From the human T2T-CHM13v2.0 reference genome, Homo sapiens, in NCBI RefSeq assembly GCF_009914755.1, contig NC_060925.1: DNA of 64,000 nt; one strand, 5' to 3'. The notes below the pieces were generated by a model that had not been told where the DNA came from, did not search any database, and worked only from the letters and a program-made list of their open reading frames with translations. Positions 53,615 to 64,000 of this stretch are shown piece after piece (the first letter of the stretch is position 1; each line of letters begins with the position of its first letter). The position numbers were made by a program, and so were the translations under genes.

Positions 53615-53869
53615 GGTCAGAGCCACAATCCTTAGCAACTGGAGTATGTGTGCCCACCAAGTTCAATGGCCTCCTCAATGGTCAGTGACAGATGATCTAA
53701 GATAAAATTTGTTCCTACTATCTATTAAAATGAGTTACTAAAAATATAACTACCATATTTAATAGAAAGTGACAATATAATTAAGAATATTGCATTTTTC
53801 ACAAGATTTCAGTTTAGAACTACTCATCTTTACACATGCTTGCAATATTATTCTCTTTTTGCTTAGTTA

Positions 53870-55112
<1,243 letters not shown>

Positions 55113-55439
55113 GTTAACTGTTACTTGTCCTTCATATCTCAGCTTTGATGGCAGCTTCTCTTAGCTATCTATTCTGATTCCCTAGACCTGGGTGAGGTGC
55201 CCATCAATGGTTCCCAGAGCACCTTGGGAATGAATCCTCTTATTCTTCTATTACCTATTGATTATACTTGCCTGCAGTCCTTGAAGGGACTCAGTCTTGA
55301 TCTCTGCTGTTGTGCCGGCACCTATTATGGTGTCTAGCATAAACACAAAGTGCTCAAAATTTATTTGTTTAACTGAATACCCCATGGTCTTTTAATGGAG
55401 ACTTGGGAAAAAAACACACACATTCCACATTATTAGTAA

Positions 55440-55950
55440 AAGAATAACATTCATTCCATCCACAAATATTTATTATTCTGAGTACCAATATTGCTAAAAT
55501 GGACAAGGCGAGCAAACTCCCTGCCATCTCAGAACTTTCCGACATCAAACAAATACATGAATATAGAGTACATTATGTGAGATGGTGATGAGTGCTAGCT
55601 ATGGAGAAAAACCAAGCAGGCTAAGGGAGCAGGCTGGAATGGTGTGGTAGTTCCTTTACATAGGACCGTCACACTCCCTGATGAGTGCCATCTGAACAGA
55701 GACCCGAAGGGAGTCAGGGGACTAGCCAAGCAGGTATCTGAATGAGGAGCACTCTAGGCAGAGAGAAAGTCATGTGCAAAGATCTTCATGCAAGAGAGGA
55801 CTTTGTAGGCTTCCTCATTGTGTGGCTGGAGGAGAACATGCATAGGAACAAAATGGTAGGAAATTAGGTTAAAGAAGTGGCCCGGTCACGTGATGGCTTT
55901 AGGCCACTGGGTGTTATTCAGAGTTTGATAGAAATCATTAGAGAAGCATC
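55440..55950 (-). mobile_element. L2 fragment
   Basis: cattcattccatccacaaatatttatt...catctgaacagagacc. Confidence 0.7.
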
Positions 55951-56311
55951 TCCCTTTGGTGAATCAATTCTACTGAAGTTTTTCTCATCCATCAAATATT
56001 TTGTCACCTTAATAAAGCCCTGCTGATTTTGTTGCCAGGCCCTGAGGATCATGTTGTGTGGATGCTTTGGCTCTACCCCAAGCACAGAGCCATTGAAAAT
56101 TTATTATGCAATTAAAAAGGCTTAGGGAATGAATGAATGATTGGGTGTAGCCCAACATATGAGGCCTGGGTCAATCCTATTCTATTCATGAACAATACTG
56201 GCAATTAGAAGCAAGCCTGATGAGCTGTGTTCATTGTGCCATTGTTCCTTCACTCCAGAATGTACTTTCCACATCTGTGTCCCTTTCTCCTACCACTGGA
56301 GTCAGAAGTAA

Positions 56312-56692
<381 letters not shown>

Positions 56693-56923
56693 TGAAATTG
56701 TGTTTTTCAAAGCATGAGTTTTTAAATCAGACAGACCTCAGTTTGTGACAAGTCAGTCAATATTACTTTTCTAAGTTGTAAAATTGCGATGATAATATCT
56801 ACCTTTAGGAGTTTTGTGAGAATTACGATTGTTAGATTAAGAATTTATCATGATATCCAGCAAACAGTAAATATATAATAGGATTTTTAATTTATAAATT
56901 TACATTTATTCTATGTGCTCAAG

Positions 56924-57069
56924 CATTTGAGGAAATAATTTCAGACTCAACAGATATTTATTATGTTCTGTAAGGAACTTTCCACGGTTGGATGCGCATG
57001 ATGGTTATTTGTGCCTGTGTCTATTCTTACTCAAGAGTGTGTATTCTTTGAGATTAGAATTACAAGCAG
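56924..57069 (+). pseudogene. Dynein-like exon relic (FEEIISDSTDI/LCSVRNFPRLD)
   Basis: Acceptor tttattctatgtgctcaag and donor CAG|gtaatt. Matches .EI...I...I......PR(L/V). One-base frameshift. Confidence 0.6.
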
Positions 57070-57790
57070 GTAATTTTTCTGATGGTCTGTGTCTGAAAAG
57101 GTAGATGCTCAATAAATGTGTAGAGTGTGAGCAACTGGGTCTCACAGATGTCTGTGGGTTTTTTCGGAGCCAGATAAATTCACATGATCCTTCTCCATCC
57201 TTCCCTTAACTTGTCAAGGTAAAGAGGGACATGGTGGCCTGCTTCATCCTCTCCATCGCACCAGGGTATCTCTAGGTTAGATTTCCCAAGGAAGTCAGTC
57301 TCCAAGATGGTTCACCCTCAAACAAACCTGTGTGTCTTCCTGTCTAGAATGTTTTAGACATTCCCAGTGCCATTGCATATTCTTCCATGTAATTAATTAA
57401 GTCTCCAGTGGAACCAGCCTGGCAGCCTGAGAAACATAACAAGACCTGCCCCCAACCCCATCTCCAGAAAGAAAGAAAACTTGAACTACTTCTAAGCAGC
57501 CTTTCATTTACAGGGTTTTTTGGGTCACATGCAAATGTAATGGATTCCAGTAATTTGAATATAATATGCCCTCAGTAAGTTTTATTTGTTCTTTGAGTCC
57601 ATCTCTCCTCAGTTAAGCCTATCATTTTGTTTCTGTTCCTGGTAAGTCATGCGTTTGACAACTCATTATAGCATATGACTGGGGCAGTGCACCTCTGGGA
57701 ACCAAATCAGCTGGTTAATGCCAGGTTTAAGGGGAATAATAGTCAAGCAGTTTGCTAAAGTCTTCTGGAGTTTGTACTTGTATTACTCAG

Positions 57791-57934
57791 CAGCTTTGGG
57801 CATACATGGGCACGCACACTCTAACACAATCAAAGCGAGAAGCTACAATGTTTTCTGAATTTGGTATCAGAATATCAAGACGATAATTTTCTACTTTTCA
57901 ATTTTTTGGAACTACTACGTTAATCTTTATGAAA
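57791..57934 (+). pseudogene. Dynein-like exon relic (SRR*FSTFQF/FWNYYVNLYE)
   Basis: tactcag acceptor and gtttgt donor. Resembles Y...F..Y..LW..D. Confidence 0.45.
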
Positions 57935-58989
57935 GTTTGTAGTAAATAATTAAAATACTTAGAGATATGTAAGAAAACACAATGAATTCCTCAGGCATAG
58001 TGTGATATTCCATTTTATAAAGTTCAATTTAGGGAGAAAATTTGAAATGAAAAATCTTACGTGAGTAAGTAGTGCCACAGTGTGGTTACAATTGATAATT
58101 TATTTCAGTTCCTGTGCTTTGAATAACCGATAATCCAAGCTAAGACTTCTGTAATCTAAAAAACTCCCTTCTCTACCAATATCAATGATCCTGACTTCAC
58201 AGGTCTACACAATCAGTTATATTGCTCACGCATATATTTTCAATAGACCACTTTAATAGCTCACAAAGTACTTCATAGCTATCTTGTCAATTACAAAGGA
58301 CAGATATTAAAACCTTCATTTTTTAAACAAGAAAAACTGAAACTCAAAATATCTGGCTGTTAATGTTTATAAGGCACTTAAATGACAGAGATGAGACTAA
58401 ACCTTCAGCTTCTGGGTCCTTGTGAGTACATCTTGATGAATACAAGAACATGTGGGATTAGGGGTCAGAAGTCCAGGGCTGCCAACTAAGCTCTGTCACA
58501 TGATTAATTGTGTGCTATTAAGCAAGTCACTTAAATCCGTAAGTTCTAGTTCTTTTTCATAAATAGAAAAAGGAAATGGTATTTGCCGTGCCTATCTTTG
58601 GAGACTGTTGTATCAATCAAATGAAATATAGTCCATAACAGATCTTTTTACAGACTGTGAAGCACTATAAACATTAGTGTTTTTATTACTTCCTTGCTAC
58701 CACCACAATATGAAAATGCTTCCACAATAGACTAAGAATTACTAGGAGTAAAGAAAATCCAGTAAACACTGTAACTGTAACCTAAGCTAAAATGCCTGCT
58801 TAAATTATTCATTCAAAATTGGGATTTTTATGTCAGCCTGAAAAATACTAATGATCAATTTCTTATTGGTATGCACTCCCTTAAGGATGCAAATTATATT
58901 CTTGGTCTAGTGAAGACCCTTCACCATATATAATATATGTATTTTACATGTGTTAAAACAGAATCTGTGGTATAGGAAGTTTTCCCTTA

Positions 58990-59560
58990 TCCTCAACTTT
59001 TACTTTAAATGTGGGGCTACATGTGCAGGTTTGTTATATGGGTATATTGCACTCACATAGTGAGCACAGTGCCCAATAGGTGGTTTTTGACCCATGCCCT
59101 CCTCCCTCCCCTTCTAGTAGTTTTCAGTGTCTATTGTTCCCACGTTTATGTGCATGGGCGCTCAGTGTTTACCTCCCACTTATAAGTGAGAACATGAGGT
59201 ATTTGGTGTTCCGTTCCTGCATTAATTTGCTTAGAATTATGGCCTCCGGCTCCATCCATGTTGCTGCAAAGGATATGATGTCATTCTTTTTATGGCTGTT
59301 TAGTACTCCATGATGTATACGTACCACATTTTCTTTACCTAATCCACCATTGATGGGCACCTAGCTTGATCCCACGTCTTTGCTATTGTGATGCATGGGG
59401 ATGAATATACAGATGTACGTGTCTTTATGCTAGAATGATTTATATTCCTTTGAATATATATTCAATAATGGAATTGTGGTTCAAATGGTAGCTCTGTTTC
59501 AAGTTCTTTGGGAAATCCCCATACTGCGTTCCACGTGGCTGAACTAATTTACATTCCCAA
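58990..59560 (-). mobile_element. L1P 3' end (L1PA-late/L1PB-like)
   Basis: tacatgtgcaggtttgttatatgggt...cccacttataagtgagaacatg...ctaatttacattccca. Confidence 0.9.
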
Positions 59561-59790
59561 AAAGGTAGCTTTTAAATACAATTTTATAGTAATTACTGAT
59601 ATTAGATAAATCTTAATAAAAACCTTCAAATGTTGTACACAAAGGAAATCAAGATAGCTCACAGGACTTAGCATTATAACAAGCTTAGATTAGTTAGCTT
59701 TTTAAAATTGGCTAGAAGAAAAGAAAACTACCTCTTGTGAAGTAGGTGAAAATTCTAACTTCATAAGATGTTCTTAAAAGCATCATCAAG

Positions 59791-60123
<333 letters not shown>

Positions 60124-60379
60124 TCAGATGCTCTTCAATTTCCATAACTCACCATATTTGGTTTTGCTTACGTCATTAGTTTTTAACCATAAAATAAGTT
60201 CTAGAAAGTTCTTAAATAAGATTGTCTACATATTCTATATTACATTATTGTCATAAAATTAACATAATGACTTTAAACTTAAAAACGTTTTCCACATTCA
60301 CAAAAACAATGTAATTAACTTAGGAAGTTTAAAACTTTGTCTTTAAGCATTGTTTTAACACTTGCATCTGGGTGGGTGC

Positions 60380-60492
60380 GGACAACATTGGAAAAGTGTG
60401 GAGAGGAAGAAGAAGACAGCTTTTTTTGATACATTTTGGACCAGTCAGACAATATCTTAGTCCAATGGGTAGCAGTGTTTATACATATTCAG
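60380..60492 (+). pseudogene. Dynein-like exon relic (EEEEDSFF*YILDQSDNILVQWVAVFIHIQ)
   Basis: Donor CAG|gtaaga. Matches I..LP.....W..VD. 5' boundary uncertain. Confidence 0.55.
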
Positions 60493-60942
60493 GTAAGATT
60501 AAGGTTCATTCAGCAAACTGCTATTGGTTCCCTGTATGTAACAGGCACCTCTGCCAGGCTAAAGACCCCATTCCCTGTGCTCAGAAGTGCCCAGAGAGAT
60601 TGGGAGACAGACACATGAATAAACTATTGGACAATGGGCTCGTGCTGTACTGGAGATGTGTACGCAGGGTGCAGAGATGTAGGGAAGAATCACAGAGGAG
60701 ATGGTCTTCTCTGCCCTTAGGATAAAGGGGAAGTGGAAGACCTGACCAAGAAGGTAACACCTGGGAAACAGGATCTCAAGAAATTCCAAGCCCAAGGATA
60801 ACAAGTAAAGGTGTGGTTGAAAACAATGTTAGAAACTGGGAGGTGATTCTGTCTAGTGTGTTTGGTAGGCCATTTCTAGGTCTCCATTATGTCTTTTCCA
60901 TTACTCTGTTTTGTTATCGTGTATCTTTAAAGTGTTTTGCAG

Positions 60943-61078
60943 CAGAAAATAAAACAAGGAAAAGAATGGTTGAATCACTTTTTAAAAATCATGCATTACA
61001 TTATTGTGATCCAGGGATATCCTATTATGTGTTTATTCCTAAGTGTAAGACGTGTCTTCAAGCTATTGCATTGGAGAG
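60943..61078 (+). pseudogene. Dynein-like exon relic (QKIKQGKEWLNHFLKIMHYII...)
   Basis: Acceptor tgttttgcag in phase with the previous exon, and donor GAG|gtaccg. Matches L......W...F...L. Confidence 0.55.
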
Positions 61079-62009
61079 GTACCGTGTTTGCATTAGAAGA
61101 CAAACGGCCTAAAAAAGGTGCACAATTTTTGGGAGAATGCTTCCATCTAGTGGTCAAATTGAGAAATTCACTTACATGTATTCGTTATATTTCTTAAAAA
61201 TATTTGTTAATCTGTTATATACCAAATCAATATGTTTCTGTTCATTAATAGTTAATAATTTCTCATTTACTTTTAACTATTGGAGGATATAACAATTTAA
61301 TTTTATTTGGCCTGTTGGTTCTCAAGGAGGTAGTGTCTCCAAAGAAAAATAAGATCCTCAAAAGAAGGCCATATTTGTTAAAGCTTTCATACACCTTGTC
61401 TCATTCAATATTCAGAGCCACATTGTAAAAAAATAAAAACTTTTACTATTATTCCATTTTATACATAAAGAAATGGAAACATAACAGGGTCAGTAATTTC
61501 ACCTAACACCACCATGCAAAGAATTAACTTGTCAGGATGACTTCAGTTCTGGTGTTCTTTTCTCTTGATGCATTAAAGATGATTATTTTATCATTAACTC
61601 TGTTGATAAAGTTACAAGTTCTTTATGTGATGTGAGTAACATCTGTTTTGTAAGTTTGGAATGTGAAATGCATAAGGTCTTCATAATGTAGATGAATTAG
61701 TCAGTACAGGCTACTTAATGATGGAGTAACAAACCCAACTCTTAAATCTCAGTAGTTTAACATGATGGAAGTGTATTTCGCACTTTGGTTCAGCAATAAA
61801 CTCACATCTTCCATTGTCTAGCTGAAGGGAAATGTAAAATAAAAGGTAGCAAATTGAAGGTTTGGGGAGGATTATGCTCTGCTGCAGAGATGGATTCCAT
61901 TTTTCTCAAATATTAAGTATATTAAAGTATATAAATATTTTTTCAAATATTAAGTATACAAAGTATAAATATTTTGGATTGTGTGGGTTAGAAAAACATT
62001 TATGTGCTT

Positions 62010-62314
62010 TTGCTTTTTTTTCCCTTTCAAACAGCTTCTCGCTCTGTTGCCCAGGCTGGAGGGCAGTGGCATAATCATAGCTCACTGTAACCTCAAACTC
62101 CTAGGCTCAAGCTAGCCTCCCGCCTCAGCCTCCCGAATAGCTGGGACTACTGCTACTACTGCACAATGACACTCAGCTAATTTTTAAATCTTTTTGTAGA
62201 GACAGAGGTCTCACTCTGTTGTGCAGGCTGGTCTTGAGCTCCTGGCCTCTGGAGATCCTCCTGCCTTGGCCTCCCAAAGTGCTGGGATTACAGGCATGAG
62301 CGCTGCATCTGGCC
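62010..62314 (-). mobile_element. AluJ-like
   Basis: Diverged antisense dimeric Alu. Confidence 0.9.
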
Positions 62315-62439
62315 TGCTTTTGCTTTTATTTGTATTTTTTTTTCTCTGAGGGACCTCAAGATCACAGAATTGTATTAATCTTAATCCTTGGCTCATGGCA
62401 CACTTATTGATGGTTTCTGCATATCTCTCCTCCATTAAT

Positions 62440-62880
62440 TATGCATGTACGTATGTGTGTATTTTAATAATGTAACAAGCACCTGTGGACCTAACAGCCA
62501 ATATGGAAGCTGAAACTTTGGCAATCAGTCACATCTAGCTGTGTGGTCCCCATCCCTTCTATCTGCTACCCCTTTCCCAAGGTAACTACCATCCTAAATA
62601 TGGTGTGCATTTTCCTTCTCTCTCTTTTTAACATGGTCTTATTCGATCTGTCTATCTGTTTTTTAAAGGCATATATTTTTATTTTAGTTATTTATCTCAA
62701 TATTATGTTAGGATTCCTCTGTGTTGCTGCACATCATCACAGTTCATTCACTGAGTGTCGCATTATAGTATTTTGTGTGACTATAACAGATCATTCATCT
62801 ACTGTCTTTGAGGATGTGAATTTGGGATTTTCTCCAATTTTTGCTGTTGTAAACAATGTCAGACAAGATCTCCATGTACC
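62440..62880 (-). mobile_element. Old L1ME-type 3' fragment
   Basis: ggtaactaccatcctaaat...agttcattcac...tttccaatttttgctgttgtaaacaatg-like motifs. Confidence 0.65.
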
Positions 62881-64000
62881 TTTGGGGATTCATCTCCTAA
62901 TAATATTTTCTTTCTGGCCAAGCTTACATCCTCACCTGTCTCTTAAAAATGCCATTGTATTTCCTGATCCTGCACTTTGCTCCTATTTTGTCTGTCCCTC
63001 TACACTTCTTTCTGCACATGAATTCTACACATTATCCAAAGCCAGTATGAAATTTCACCCTTTCTATGAAATTTCCGATTACCACTATAATTTGTAGGAT
63101 TGGTTTTTGCCTCTGAATGCTTGGGATAAAACATGTTTTATCCCAAACGCACTATTTGGTAAATATTATAACAATCATTCATTAACCACCTATAACATGC
63201 CAGACATGAATCCAAGAACTAGCCCTAGATCGTTTTATTTCTTTCTCAATACAACAGTATAATGTGGGGATTATCATTATTACTATTTTTCAGTCCAGTA
63301 ATTACACATTAATCATTCTAAGGGTCTGATTGCTGAAAGGACTCAAGGCTCCGTTTATCATCACCAGGCAAGAGATACCTATGGCAATGGCAGGAGAAGG
63401 ACATGCATTCAAAATGGTCCCAAAATGTTAGGCACAGGTTTCCTTGTCCTCTTTCCACTGGGTAGGGTCATACCAACTTCACTTAGTCTCTAGGTCTCAA
63501 ACCACCATCAGCATCTGGAAGTCCAAAGTCCGTTCTTGGTAAGGAATCTCTCACCATAACCTGGTCACTAGGCACATCTCAGCTATGTGACCAGCCTTAA
63601 CTGTTGAAACATCACCCCCTGCTCCCAACCTCTACTGAAACCAGATGCAAATCATAAATCCGGTTATTTCTAAACAATGATGACACACTGATACATCCTG
63701 CTCCAGAACAACTCACAGACCCATACAGAATAGCATTTGTCTTTAGTTAATAAGTACTATAGCATTAGCCAAGGGTCAGTAGCTCCCTGCATAAGAGCAT
63801 GAACAATCCAGACCAGTTGAGATTAACCCCAACTGTGCACGCAGGTAAGGAAACCAAGGCTTAGAGAAGTGAAGTACTATCTTCCCCGAGGTCATCCCTC
63901 AAGAGTGATGGAGTTGTTCAGGGAAACTCCAGGGCCTGTGCCCTTTGGCAAGCTCTGAGCTATTCTGACTCTTAATGCAGTTAGTTGTGGCTTGCCCCAT

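Noticed and set aside
61325-61570. A further dynein exon (DPQKKAIFVKAFIHLV)
   Set aside because: Runs into an antisense MIR and has no convincing donor.
62543-63097. Longest ORF (184 aa, hydrophobic)
   Set aside because: Non-ATG start and largely antisense to an old L1 3' fragment; the hydrophobicity reflects T-rich DNA.

Overview
AT-rich primate (human-like) genomic DNA, judged from its Alu, L1, MIR, L2, MaLR (THE1/MST/MLT1), MER6, MER9 and MER20 content. I see no intact protein-coding gene, tRNA, rRNA or CRISPR array, and most ORFs in the track are repeat-derived or antisense artefacts. The main signal lies in the unique islands between the repeats. Read on the + strand, they form an ordered series of splice-site-flanked, stop- and frameshift-riddled exon relics from about 7.2 kb (possibly 3.5 kb) to 61.1 kb. 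In collinear order they translate into motifs of the N-terminal tail (DHC_N1 and following region) of multi-headed dynein heavy chains: IFLPA; LE.V..W..QV; LW..RL..L; ELKEA...ML; AVWT.S..YY; YLDRLHEL; PKAGT/IQWIRELF; VNFQ; ESLFF...VLEKGF; QWY...YVDKQ; SVRNFPRLD; LVQWVAV; KEWLNHF. The best interpretation is the 5' half of an old, unprocessed and possibly unitary dynein heavy chain pseudogene. Protein comparisons and repeat subfamily names were made by eye from remembered consensus sequences and need confirmation with HMMER, BLAST and RepeatMasker.
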